Source: Christensenellaceae bacterium
GTDB lineage: Bacteria > Bacillota > Clostridia > Christensenellales > UBA1242
Assembly: GCA_031255215.1 (NCBI GenBank)
Contig: JAIRSY010000052.1
Location: forward strand, 1-33,924
Direction of reading: 5' to 3'
Length of the DNA stretch: 33,924 nt
In this document: piece by piece, positions 1-9,049 of the stretch
Position numbering within the stretch: position 1 is the stretch's first letter
Layout: each line of letters starts with the position of its first letter
Translations under genes and position numbers: made by a program
Notes under the pieces: generated by a model
Databases searched by the model: none
Seen by the model: the letters and a program-made list of their open reading frames with translations, nothing else
What the model was told of the DNA's origin: nothing

Positions 1-139
1 CACTCCGCCGCGTTGCGGCTCCGTAAAGGTGGACGCAGGTGCTTAAATAGAACTCTTGCAAAGGTATTGTTTTTTCGTTTGCCATGGATATTTGTTTCCG
101 CCGCACTCCGCCGCGTTGCGGCTCCGTAAAGGTAGACGC
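1..139. repeat. Two copies of a 36-bp GC-rich REP-like repeat (1-36 and 104-139)
   Basis: cactccgccgcgttgcggctccgtaaaggt(g/a)gacgc occurs twice with one mismatch, period 103 bp, with an internal hairpin GCCGC-gtt-GCGGC. The first copy may extend beyond the window edge. Confidence 0.8.
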
Positions 140-227
140 TGTCGCGTAGATAAAGATTGGGGCGCGGCGTTCGCTTACGCTCACTTTGCGAAACGGAAAC
201 GCTTCTGGCTACCGCCGACCCGCTCGC

Positions 228-1226
228 TTATGCTTCAACGGGACTTAATAAGGATAGAGATGAGAGTCTTGTTTTGGAGCCGAAGGGCACGCCTAAAATA
301 TTGTATTTTTTGATAAAATCGGTGAATTTGTAATCGCAAAAAATATACGGACTGTTTTCACCGCCGACAAACTTTATTTTTTTCATTTTCAAAAACTCTT
401 TTATTTTCGCCGCATTTTTCATATAAGATTGGATATTTTTTTTATTTTCTTCTATTACTTCCGGTGATAATGCCGTTTCTGCTCCTTTTTGAATAATATA
501 CGGAACTCCGTTGAAGCAAGTTGTCACGCGTCTTGTCCACATTTTTTTAAGGCTTTCATTTTTTATAATAGTCCAACCGCAGCGTAAGCCGGTGAAGCCG
601 GCCATTTTTGACAAGGAATTTATTTCGATACAATTTTCCGATGAATTTTTGATTTGGAAAATACTTTTTGTTCCGTTGGTGTTATATGCACTATACGCCC
701 CATCAAATATAATGAGAGCGCCGATTTTATTGGCAAGGTTAACCCAATTTTCGATATTCAGGACCTTGCCGGTAGGATTATTCGGCGAGCAGAGATAGAG
801 GACGTATTGTGAAGATTTTTTATTCAATTTATTCTTAATCAAAACGCTTTCATAGGGGACAGGATACGTCGGGACGATTGTGACGAAGTTATTTTTCCCC
901 AAGATATCAAATATATTTGCGAGGTCGCTGTTTGCTCCGTCATTTATAAAAATTTCAGTTTTATCAAGGTCGACATTAAATTCGGTCCGGTAATATTTTT
1001 GAATTGCCTCTTTCAAGAAGTCGTATCCTGTTTCCGGCGGATATTTATGTGCTTCATCGTCATCAAGTGCCTTTTTTATCGCGTCTTTAATTTTTGGAAC
1101 AAGAGGCAAACTCCAATCGCCGATACTTAAATCTATATATCCCTTGTTTTTGTATTTTGCAACTTCCGCAAAAACATAATTTGTTTTTAATTTATTAAAG
1201 TTTTTGTTTAACCTTATATTTAACAT
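228..1226 (-). CDS. dapL: LL-diaminopimelate aminotransferase, shortened (~332 aa)
   Basis: N-terminus LNKNFNKLKTNYVFAEV..IDLSIGD, YPPETGYDFL, CSPNNPTG, IFDGAY and PLP-lysine motif SLSKMAGFTGLRCGW match the DapL family. Start placed at ATG 1226. Confidence 0.8.
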   Translation of the reverse strand: MLNIRLNKNFNKLKTNYVFAEVAKYKNKGYIDLSIGDWSLPLVPKIKDAIKKALDDDEAHKYPPETGYDFLKEAIQKYYRTEFNVDLDKTEIFINDGANSDLANIFDILGKNNFVTIVPTYPVPYESVLIKNKLNKKSSQYVLYLCSPNNPTGKVLNIENWVNLANKIGALIIFDGAYSAYNTNGTKSIFQIKNSSENCIEINSLSKMAGFTGLRCGWTIIKNESLKKMWTRRVTTCFNGVPYIIQKGAETALSPEVIEENKKNIQSYMKNAAKIKEFLKMKKIKFVGGENSPYIFCDYKFTDFIKKYNILGVPFGSKTRLSSLSLLSPVEA

Positions 1227-1306
1227 ACATTTTTTATATGAAGAATGAAGAAACAATAGTTACGGATATGCCTTGAAGGAAATGGTGCAGCGTCAATTTT
1301 ATTTCT

Positions 1307-2002
1307 TCAAATGTCACCGATATTTTTCGAAACGGAGACAATTTGGAAGCCCTTTTCCAAATAATATGATAAAATCCGAGCCAAAACGGCGGCGGTTGCC
1401 TTTGTCGGGTGCATAAGAATAAGGTCGCCGTTTTTTATGTCTTTTGTTGCACGTTGGAAAATTAACTGCTCATCTTGATCACGCCAATCTATGGTGTCTT
1501 TCCCCTGGGTTCTTAATATGGTTTTATAGTTCAAACTTTCCGCAACTTTTACCGTTGTTTTATTATATGCCATTGACGGCGGTGCAAACAAGGTCATTTC
1601 GACGCCGGTAATACTTTTTACAAGTGCATGAGTATTCAAAATTTCGCTTCTTATTTTGTTCTCGTCTGCAATGTTTAAATCTGCATGTGTATACCCGTGG
1701 TTGCCGATTTCAAATTCCCGTGACATTTGTTGAAGAAGTGCATGATTTTTCATTACCCAAACCCCGCCCACAAAAAATGTCGCCGATGCTTTTGCATTTT
1801 TAAGTGTTGATATGATGTTGGGCAAAACTTCGTCAAAATCGTCATAAACATTTATCATTATTGAAACATAATTTTTATTCGGGTTGCCATTGTAAAGCGG
1901 TGCGGTTATTCCAACATAGGTTTTGTCCAAATTGAGGGTAAAGACAAGGACGGACAATACGGCCAAGGCACCACAGATAATTACATTTGCAAATTTGTGC
2001 AT
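1307..2002 (-). CDS. Polysaccharide deacetylase family sporulation protein (YlxY/PdaB-like)
   Basis: N-terminal hydrophobic anchor; NodB-type motifs ATFFVGG, GNHGYTH, FAPPS, TIDW, ILMHP. INVY in place of TFDD is typical of YlxY-like proteins. Confidence 0.8.
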   Translation of the reverse strand: MHKFANVIICGALAVLSVLVFTLNLDKTYVGITAPLYNGNPNKNYVSIMINVYDDFDEVLPNIISTLKNAKASATFFVGGVWVMKNHALLQQMSREFEIGNHGYTHADLNIADENKIRSEILNTHALVKSITGVEMTLFAPPSMAYNKTTVKVAESLNYKTILRTQGKDTIDWRDQDEQLIFQRATKDIKNGDLILMHPTKATAAVLARILSYYLEKGFQIVSVSKNIGDI

Positions 2003-2015
2003 AATAATATATATT
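1987..2015 (+). promoter_or_regulatory. SigA-type promoter of the M16 peptidase (leaderless)
   Basis: TTGCAA-17 bp-TATATT ending 7 nt before ATG 2023; no SD. Confidence 0.55.
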
Positions 2016-2022
2016 TATGAAG

Positions 2023-3258
2023 ATGGCAAAAATTGTTAAAAATTATCCCTCCGGACTTCGTTTGATTGTTGATGAAATGCAGAATTTCAAAAGTGTATCG
2101 ACGGCAATCACAATAATGGTAGGGAGCAGTGACGAGCGGCCGAATGAGCACGGTCTTTCGCATTTTTGTGAACATATGCTTTTTAAAGGGACAAAAAAAC
2201 GCAGCGGAACCGAAATCATCAATCAACTGTCTTTCCTCGGTGTCGATTATAACGCTTGGACCGGAGAGAATTGCACTTGTTATCATACAAAGGGCATTGC
2301 GGATAATGTCGAGACTACCGTCGAAATCCTTGCCGATATGTATTTTAATTTGAAGTTCAATGAAGATGATTTTTATAAGGAAGGCGATGTAATAGTTCAA
2401 GAAATTGCCATGCATGAAGATAACCCGAGAAGTGTTTTATTTGAGTTGGCAAATTCCACGTTCTTTTATGGAACAAAATATCAACACCCGATCGCCGGAA
2501 CGGCAAAAGATGTAAAAAGTTTCCAACCTAAGGATGTCTATAACTATATTAAAAAACATTATATTGCATCAAAAACCGTCTTATCTTTCGCCGGCGACAT
2601 TACGCTTGAAAAAGCGGAAAAATTGGTTGAAAAATACTTCACACCTAACTTTACCGAATTTACAAAACCACAAGTTTTAGAGATTACAGATGAAGTTCTT
2701 CTTCCAAAATCCAAAGAGGTAAAAAAGAATAAGAAAACCGAGCAGCAGCACGTAATGCTTTCTTTCCCCGTTTGTAATCAATTCGGTCACGAAAGATACG
2801 CCTTGCGTTTTCTTAACTCTATCTTTTCCGGGGATATGAGCAGCCGGCTTTTCATGAATGTTCGTGAGAGGTTAGGTCTTGTATACACAATTCACGGCGG
2901 TATGGAACTTACCGATATCGGCGGTTATTATTATATTTTCTTCTCTTGCACGCCTCAAAATACGAAAAAAGTTATTGAAACAATTAAAATTGAGATAGAT
3001 AAACTCTTGAAAAACGGAATAACCGAAGATGAACTTGAAAAGACAAAAAACCAAAAGCAAACCGACCTCTTGTTTGAAACGGAAAATGGTGAGGCGGTAA
3101 ATTCAATCAATGTTGACCAACTTATTAAATTTAATAAGATTCTTCCGTTTGAAGAGCGTCTTAAAATTTACAAAGATATGAAGGTAGCCGACATAGACGG
3201 TGTTGCCCGTAAATATCTTGACATGAACAAGGTAATTATCTCCGTTGTCGGCAAATAA
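2023..3258 (+). CDS. M16 family zinc peptidase (MlpA-like)
   Basis: Inverted zinc motif HFCEH in HGLSHFCEHMLFKGT, NAWT, SSRLF..VRERLGLVY. Alternative start 2017. Confidence 0.9.
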   Translation: MAKIVKNYPSGLRLIVDEMQNFKSVSTAITIMVGSSDERPNEHGLSHFCEHMLFKGTKKRSGTEIINQLSFLGVDYNAWTGENCTCYHTKGIADNVETTVEILADMYFNLKFNEDDFYKEGDVIVQEIAMHEDNPRSVLFELANSTFFYGTKYQHPIAGTAKDVKSFQPKDVYNYIKKHYIASKTVLSFAGDITLEKAEKLVEKYFTPNFTEFTKPQVLEITDEVLLPKSKEVKKNKKTEQQHVMLSFPVCNQFGHERYALRFLNSIFSGDMSSRLFMNVRERLGLVYTIHGGMELTDIGGYYYIFFSCTPQNTKKVIETIKIEIDKLLKNGITEDELEKTKNQKQTDLLFETENGEAVNSINVDQLIKFNKILPFEERLKIYKDMKVADIDGVARKYLDMNKVIISVVGK

Positions 3259-3283
3259 GAAAACGGTCAACTTGAAATAAGGT

Positions 3284-3312
3284 TTGTCAAAATATTCCTT
3301 CGGGGTTATAAT
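3284..3312 (+). promoter_or_regulatory. SigA-type promoter of ftsK (leaderless)
   Basis: TTGTCA-17 bp-TATAAT ending 8 nt before ATG 3321. Confidence 0.75.
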
Positions 3313-3320
3313 CTATTGGA

Positions 3321-5783
3321 ATGAAAAAAACAAAGCAAAAATTCGGGATAGGTGATGCGGTTATAATTTCAAGTGCCTTGCTCTTGGTTTCTGTTCTTTT
3401 TGATTGGGTTGTTGCGAGATTCCTGCTCGGCATCTTTGGTCTTTATTCCTTTGCACTGTTTTTTGCCGGTATTGTTGTCGGTTGCTTGGTGAAGTTCAAA
3501 AATCGAATTTCCGTTAATAAAACATATTTATACGGAAGCCTTGCCCTTTCCGCCGCCGTTTTTACCGCCCTGCATATCCTGTTTACCCAAAAAGAAATTA
3601 ACACTTCAATTGGTGATTATTTGACCGAATGCTATTCCTCCTTTGTTTCCCCGGGGGGAATCCTGTTCGCCGTTCCCGCTTATTTCTTTTTTATTTCATG
3701 CGGTGGGGTGTTGGGAAGCGTTATGGTTTTGTCTTCCGTTTCAATCATTTGTATGGTTTTGATTTTCAATAAGATAGTCGTTCATATTGACGAAAACAAA
3801 GTATTATCACAGGTTCAAAACACCGAAGAAAAAGAACCCGATGATTTTTTAATAGAACCGGACGATTTACAAAAAAGCGTTGAGGCGAAGTATAAAGAAA
3901 ACCTTGAACGCACAAGCCGCAAAAATCTTGACAAAAACAAGTCAATTCTCGGTCTTGATAAGTTGCCTCCGCCGCCCGCAAAACCTAAATTGACACCTTA
4001 TGCGATAAATGCAATGACCACAAGTGTGGCCGCCGGTTCGGTTACCGCTTACGCTTCAAATGTCTTTCAACCCAATATGTATGCACCGAATGGTCCCACG
4101 ATAAATCCTTCCCCTCAACCGTCATTTCAACCTCCCGATGATAACGGCATTAAAAACTTTGATACAAATACCGAATATTCTTTTGCCCAAGAACGTAATC
4201 CCGATCGGCGAAGACCCAATGTTGTTTCACCTGCGAAGTTTGAACAAACTGAAATTTCCCCCGATATCTTGCCGCCGCGTCAATCGCGTCCCGTTCGTTC
4301 CCATAAATATATTAAACCGCAGATTGATATAATAAAAACGGAAAGCAGCGACCTTTCCGGCTTTAATGAGGAAATTGTGTCCAAAAAGATTGCCCTTGAA
4401 GAACTCTTCGTTCAAAACCGCGTCGGTGCACGTATTGACAATTTCGTTGTCGCCCCCGCCGTCACAAGATTTGAAATCGTCCTTGATACCGGAACACGTG
4501 TGAGCGGTGTCGAACGGCTTGAAAGCGATATACAATACGTCCTTGGAACGGACAAAACACGTATGGAATCCCCGATTCAAGGTAAAAACGCGATAGGAAT
4601 AGAAGTCCCCAATAAAGACGTAGGGGCGGTTTCAATCAAAGACCTCCTCAAAAGCCGCGAATTTTTGATGCATTCAAGCCCCCTTGCAATATGTTTGGGT
4701 AAGGATTTGAATAATAATCCGGTTATCGCCGACCTCGCCAAAATGCCGCATCTCCTTGTCGCCGGCACAACGGGTTCCGGTAAATCCATTTGCATAAAGT
4801 CTATTCTCACAAGTTTATTGTTCAAAACCGGTCCCGATGACCTTCGCCTTTTACTTGTCGATATGAAACATGTCGAGTTGAATATCTATAATAACCTTCC
4901 GCATATGTTAATCCCGCAATCAATTACGGATGCGGCCAAGGCAATCAACGCCTTGAAATGGCTTGTCAAAGAAATGCAAAGACGTTACGAAATGTTGGCG
5001 GCAAACGGACTTTCAAGTATCGTCCATTATCATTCGTTGCCGGATTACCAAAACGGAACTCTTGAAAAGTTACCTTACATAGTTATGGTTATTGATGAGG
5101 CCGCCGACCTTATGGCAACAAACCGCAAAGAAGTAGATGAGCAGATTAAACGGCTTGCCTCCCTTGCACGTGCCGCCGGTATCCATATCATTCTTGCTAC
5201 CCAACGTCCAAGTGTTGACGTGATAAGCGGGGTCATTAAGGCGAACATAGGTATTCGCATCGCCTTCCGCGTCCTTTCCGCCGTCGATTCGTCTACGATT
5301 TTGGATACAAAAGGTGCCGAAACCCTCGTCGGCCGCGGCGATATGCTCTATAAAAATGAATTTGGTGTGCAAAGACTTCAAGGCTGTTACCTTGAAGATA
5401 GCGAGGCACGTGAGATTATATCCTTCGTCCGCGATAAAAACCCGTCTAACTTTGATTCCGAACTTGAAGATATTATCCTCAATGGCGAATCCGTTAATGC
5501 CGTTACGACTTTTGATTCATCCGGAAGACCAATAAAGGGTATAGAAGACCAGGACCCATATTTTGTTCAGGTTTTGAAATATGCGGTTCGTGCCGGCAAC
5601 AAGAAAAACACAATTTCAATAAGCGAATTGCAGCGAATCTTTTCAATCGGTTTTGGACGAAGCGGAAAGATAGTCGAACAACTTGCCGCCGCCGGCTATT
5701 TAAGTAATGAAGGTGACGGCCGCCCGCGGACGGTTCTTATTTCGCGTGCCGAAGTAGAGAACCTTTACGGTTCCATAGATTAA
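3321..5783 (+). CDS. ftsK: DNA translocase FtsK/SpoIIIE
   Basis: N-terminal TM helices, Pro-rich linker, MPHLLVAGTTGSGKS (Walker A), IDEAADLM, ATQRPSVDVI, C-terminal gamma-like domain SISELQRIFSIGFGR. Confidence 0.95.
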   Translation: MKKTKQKFGIGDAVIISSALLLVSVLFDWVVARFLLGIFGLYSFALFFAGIVVGCLVKFKNRISVNKTYLYGSLALSAAVFTALHILFTQKEINTSIGDYLTECYSSFVSPGGILFAVPAYFFFISCGGVLGSVMVLSSVSIICMVLIFNKIVVHIDENKVLSQVQNTEEKEPDDFLIEPDDLQKSVEAKYKENLERTSRKNLDKNKSILGLDKLPPPPAKPKLTPYAINAMTTSVAAGSVTAYASNVFQPNMYAPNGPTINPSPQPSFQPPDDNGIKNFDTNTEYSFAQERNPDRRRPNVVSPAKFEQTEISPDILPPRQSRPVRSHKYIKPQIDIIKTESSDLSGFNEEIVSKKIALEELFVQNRVGARIDNFVVAPAVTRFEIVLDTGTRVSGVERLESDIQYVLGTDKTRMESPIQGKNAIGIEVPNKDVGAVSIKDLLKSREFLMHSSPLAICLGKDLNNNPVIADLAKMPHLLVAGTTGSGKSICIKSILTSLLFKTGPDDLRLLLVDMKHVELNIYNNLPHMLIPQSITDAAKAINALKWLVKEMQRRYEMLAANGLSSIVHYHSLPDYQNGTLEKLPYIVMVIDEAADLMATNRKEVDEQIKRLASLARAAGIHIILATQRPSVDVISGVIKANIGIRIAFRVLSAVDSSTILDTKGAETLVGRGDMLYKNEFGVQRLQGCYLEDSEAREIISFVRDKNPSNFDSELEDIILNGESVNAVTTFDSSGRPIKGIEDQDPYFVQVLKYAVRAGNKKNTISISELQRIFSIGFGRSGKIVEQLAAAGYLSNEGDGRPRTVLISRAEVENLYGSID

Positions 5784-6343
5784 ATTTTTTCAAGGTCAAG
5801 GTCGTTGCCACGCTTTCCGTAGAGTCCAATTTCTTCTAAATGTCTAAGGCATTCTTTCGCAGACCAAATGGTATGACTGCACTTGCCGCCGTTTTTTAAG
5901 TAATGTTCACAAAGTTCAATATCGTTTGTAGTTTTGGCGTTTTTGTCCATTTTTTCCTTTTCATTGTGAGTTAGTTTTAAGGGTGGTGTTAAATCCGTTA
6001 ACCATCGTTGACCATAAAAACCGTGAATTTCCAACTTTTCAAGAGCCTTTGTACAATCCTCATGGCGGTGTGATTTACTGTGAACGTATCCTGGTTTCTC
6101 GTTTTCATTATGGATAATATCTGTTAGCATTTCAATTAAACTTTGAACTTTTTTGTTCCAAGCCTTTTTCTCTTCTAATAATTCCTCCCTGAAGTATGCT
6201 ATCTCGCCTTTATTATGCCCTATCAATTCAATTACATTTTGAACTTTTTTGCCAAAAACTTTTCTCTCTTCTAATAATTCATCTACCATTTTATTTATTT
6301 TTATTTCTCTCGCAGTCGTTCCAATAGGTGTTTCGCCGCCCAT
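5780..6343 (-). CDS. Hypothetical protein with internal duplications (187 aa)
   Basis: Strong SD AAGGAGG and its own SigA-type promoter; stop overlaps the ftsK stop; no recognisable family. Confidence 0.75.
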   Translation of the reverse strand: MGGETPIGTTAREIKINKMVDELLEERKVFGKKVQNVIELIGHNKGEIAYFREELLEEKKAWNKKVQSLIEMLTDIIHNENEKPGYVHSKSHRHEDCTKALEKLEIHGFYGQRWLTDLTPPLKLTHNEKEKMDKNAKTTNDIELCEHYLKNGGKCSHTIWSAKECLRHLEEIGLYGKRGNDLDLEKI

Positions 6344-6374
6344 GATATTTCCTCCTTATGTTTATTTTTGCATA

Positions 6375-6403
6375 ATCATATCTTGATTTGTAAACAATGT
6401 CAA
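6375..6403 (-). promoter_or_regulatory. SigA-type promoter of the 187-aa orphan
   Basis: Minus strand TTGACA-17 bp-TATGAT. Confidence 0.7.
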
Positions 6404-6451
6404 TAGTCAATGTTGTGTGTTTTGGCGGCGGTTCAAACCGTATTTACGCAC

Positions 6452-6470
6452 TTTGTCACAATTTGCCGAA
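6452..6470 (+). promoter_or_regulatory. Putative tandem Spo0A boxes
   Basis: TTTGTCACA and TTTGCCGAA 10 bp apart (the second matches TGNCGAA), upstream of TAAAAT at 6491-6496. Confidence 0.4.
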
Positions 6471-6581
6471 CGAATTCGCTTAACAAACTATAAAATATCG
6501 TGAAATAATGCAGTCACATACTTATTTGCCCTTTACCGTTTAAGAAACACATAAGCATTTTAATTTTAAGGAGTAATATTT

Positions 6582-6872
6582 ATGTGTGAAATAGTGCGAA
6601 AGGCAATTGAACGCCTGAAACAAGGTCTATCGGCTTATGAAAAACTTAAAAATCAACCGGAGGAGAAAGAAACGATCCTTGTTCCCAATATAATTGATGA
6701 CGCCGCATTTTATGACGAAGCGGTGCAGTGCGGCTTTGAAATTTCACATTTTATAAGGGACAAGAAGTTTGACAATGATTTACAGCGTGAGAGATACATT
6801 TTAGATTTAAGCCGCAAATTGCAGGAATACAGAGATTATAATAACTTTATGACCGAAAATCGGTGTGTATAA
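6582..6872 (+). CDS. Hypothetical protein (96 aa)
   Basis: AAGGAG SD 8 nt before ATG, followed by a terminator; no recognisable family. Confidence 0.65.
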   Translation: MCEIVRKAIERLKQGLSAYEKLKNQPEEKETILVPNIIDDAAFYDEAVQCGFEISHFIRDKKFDNDLQRERYILDLSRKLQEYRDYNNFMTENRCV

Positions 6873-6883
6873 GCGAACTAAAT

Positions 6884-6913
6884 GTAAGGCAAAATATAAT
6901 TCCTTACTTTTTT
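6884..6913 (+). terminator. Intrinsic terminator
   Basis: GTAAGG...CCTTAC stem followed by TTTTTT. Confidence 0.5.
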
Positions 6914-6915
6914 AC

Positions 6916-6944
6916 TTGTTACTTGTTTGATCTTGTTGTATATT
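6916..6944 (+). promoter_or_regulatory. SigA-type promoter of topA (leaderless)
   Basis: TTGTTA-17 bp-TATATT ending 8 nt before ATG 6953; no SD. Confidence 0.6.
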
Positions 6945-6952
6945 GAAAAAAT

Positions 6953-8986
6953 ATGAAGTTGGTTATTATTGAAGGTGCGGGCAAAAAGGATACAATCAAG
7001 AAGTATTTGGGATCCGGTTATAACGTGATGGCAACGGGCGGGCATTTTAGGGACCTTAAACAAAATGCTCTCTCCGTTGATGTCGAAAACAATTACCAGC
7101 CGGAATACGTTATCATTCCAAAAAGTGCCAACCCGAAAGGCAAACCGCCGAAAGAGGTGGTAAAGGAATTGAAAAATGCCGCGAGCCAGTGCGATGACGT
7201 CTTAATTGCGACCGACCCGGACAGGGAGGGCGAGGCAATCGCGTGGCATTTGACCTATGTCTTGGGTCTTCCCCACGATTCCGTCCACCGCATTGAATTT
7301 AATGAAATCACAAAAAATGCAATTCAAAAGGCGTTGCAGGTCCCTCGTCCGATCAATATGAATTTGGTAAATGCCCAGCAGGCACGCCGCGTCCTTGACC
7401 GCCTTGTCGGTTATAAATTATCCCCCGTATTATCAAAAAAGGTTAAAAGCGGGCTTTCTGCCGGACGTGTTCAGTCCGTAACACTTAAACTTGTTATCGA
7501 TAGAGAACGTGAAATTCAAAATTTCAAACCCGATGAATATTGGGACTTCTTCTCTCATCTATCAAAAAATAAAATAAGTTTTAAGGCAAAATTGCTTCAA
7601 AAAGAACCGCCGAAAAGTGAAGCCGAGGTCATCGGGATTGTTAAAAAACTTGACGGTGCGGTTTATCGTGCCTCCAATGTTACCAAGAGTATAACCAAAC
7701 GTCACGCCTACGCACCCTTTACAACTTCATCAATGCAACAAAGTGCCGGGACGTTCCTTCAACTTTCACTTAAACGTATTACAATGGCCGCCCAAAATCT
7801 TTATCAGGGTGTAAATTTGGGGGAACAGGGTGCAACCGCACTTGTTACATATATAAGAACCGACAGCGTCCGTATTTCGCCCGAGGCGGCGGCATCGGCG
7901 AAGGAATTTATAGTTAAAAAATTCGGTTCCCAATATTATCCCGAGACACCTAATATTTTTAAGAGTAAAAAAACCGCACAGGACGCCCATGAGGCAATCC
8001 GCCCGACGCATATCGAAATCACACCTGATGAAGTTGACCGATACTTGATTCCGCAGAAAAGACTCGACGAGGCAAAACTTTACCGCCTTATTTATAATAG
8101 ATTCCTTTCATCACAAATGGCGGATGCGACGTTTAATACGACCAAGGTCGATATTGACGCAAATGACGTCAAATTTCGCGTCAACGGAAGGACCCCCATA
8201 TTTGACGGTTGGCTTGTATTGAATGCAAAATCAAAACATAAAGAAGAAGATAAAACCGATGACGACGAAAACACCGTTGCCGAACTTCCCGAAATAAATG
8301 TCGGCGACGTTTTGGACTTCATAAAATTGGAATATGCCCAAAAATTTACTTCTCCGCCCGCCCGTTACACCGAACCTTCTCTTGTCAAGGCAATGGAAGA
8401 AAACGGGATAGGGCGTCCCGCAACTTATAACCCCACAATTCAATTGCTTTTTAACCGTCTCTATATACAACATGATGAGGATAATAAACGGGCCGTTAAA
8501 CCAACCGAACTTGGTTTCACCGTCGTCGATTGGCTTTCAAAATATTTTGTTAAGGTTATGGATATAGGTTTCACCGCCGATATGGAAGATAAACTTGACG
8601 ATATCGCCGCAAATGGAATTGATTGGACAAAGGTCGTTGATGATTTTTATAAACCGTTTAGTGAAACCATTCAGTTTGCCAAAGAACACGGCGAGGAGAG
8701 CAGGGTCGCACCCGAACTTACCGATATTTTATGTGAAAAATGTGGAAAACCTATGGCGGTAAGGGTCGGCAGGTTCGGCAAGTTTTTGGGCTGCTCCGGC
8801 TATCCGGAATGTAAAAATCTTAAACCTTTCGGACCCCCCGCCTTTAATTGTCCAAAATGTGGGGCGGGAGTTTTCAAACGCAACGGAAAGAAATCGGTTT
8901 TTTACGGTTGCAGCAACTATCCCAAATGCGACTTTATGTGTTGGAAAAGCGATCTTGAAAAATACCTGCCAAAGGAACAAAAGTAA
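6953..8986 (+). CDS. topA: DNA topoisomerase I (type IA)
   Basis: TOPRIM ATDPDREGEAIAWH, SAGRVQS, catalytic TYIRTDS, GIGRPATY, two C-terminal C4 zinc ribbons. Confidence 0.97.
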   Translation: MKLVIIEGAGKKDTIKKYLGSGYNVMATGGHFRDLKQNALSVDVENNYQPEYVIIPKSANPKGKPPKEVVKELKNAASQCDDVLIATDPDREGEAIAWHLTYVLGLPHDSVHRIEFNEITKNAIQKALQVPRPINMNLVNAQQARRVLDRLVGYKLSPVLSKKVKSGLSAGRVQSVTLKLVIDREREIQNFKPDEYWDFFSHLSKNKISFKAKLLQKEPPKSEAEVIGIVKKLDGAVYRASNVTKSITKRHAYAPFTTSSMQQSAGTFLQLSLKRITMAAQNLYQGVNLGEQGATALVTYIRTDSVRISPEAAASAKEFIVKKFGSQYYPETPNIFKSKKTAQDAHEAIRPTHIEITPDEVDRYLIPQKRLDEAKLYRLIYNRFLSSQMADATFNTTKVDIDANDVKFRVNGRTPIFDGWLVLNAKSKHKEEDKTDDDENTVAELPEINVGDVLDFIKLEYAQKFTSPPARYTEPSLVKAMEENGIGRPATYNPTIQLLFNRLYIQHDEDNKRAVKPTELGFTVVDWLSKYFVKVMDIGFTADMEDKLDDIAANGIDWTKVVDDFYKPFSETIQFAKEHGEESRVAPELTDILCEKCGKPMAVRVGRFGKFLGCSGYPECKNLKPFGPPAFNCPKCGAGVFKRNGKKSVFYGCSNYPKCDFMCWKSDLEKYLPKEQK

Positions 8987-9014
8987 TTTCAATCTCCGCT
9001 TCATTACTTTTTAC

Positions 9015-9043
9015 TTGTCCCTTATCACTTATTGTGTTATTCT
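9015..9043 (+). promoter_or_regulatory. SigA-type promoter of hslV (leaderless)
   Basis: TTGTCC-17 bp-TATTCT with extended TGn, ending 6 nt before ATG 9050. Confidence 0.65.
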
Positions 9044-9049
9044 TTGCTC

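Noticed and set aside
1-139. CRISPR array from the 36-bp direct repeat
   Set aside because: Only two copies, a 67-bp spacer (too long) and no cas genes in the window.
56-313. 85-aa ORF on the + strand
   Set aside because: Runs through the repeat and antisense to dapL; no SD or protein-like motif.
6904-9020. Shared TTACTTTTT(T)ACTTGT motif upstream of topA and hslV as a regulator site
   Set aside because: Explained by a terminator right arm and T-tract abutting a TTG -35 box in both places.
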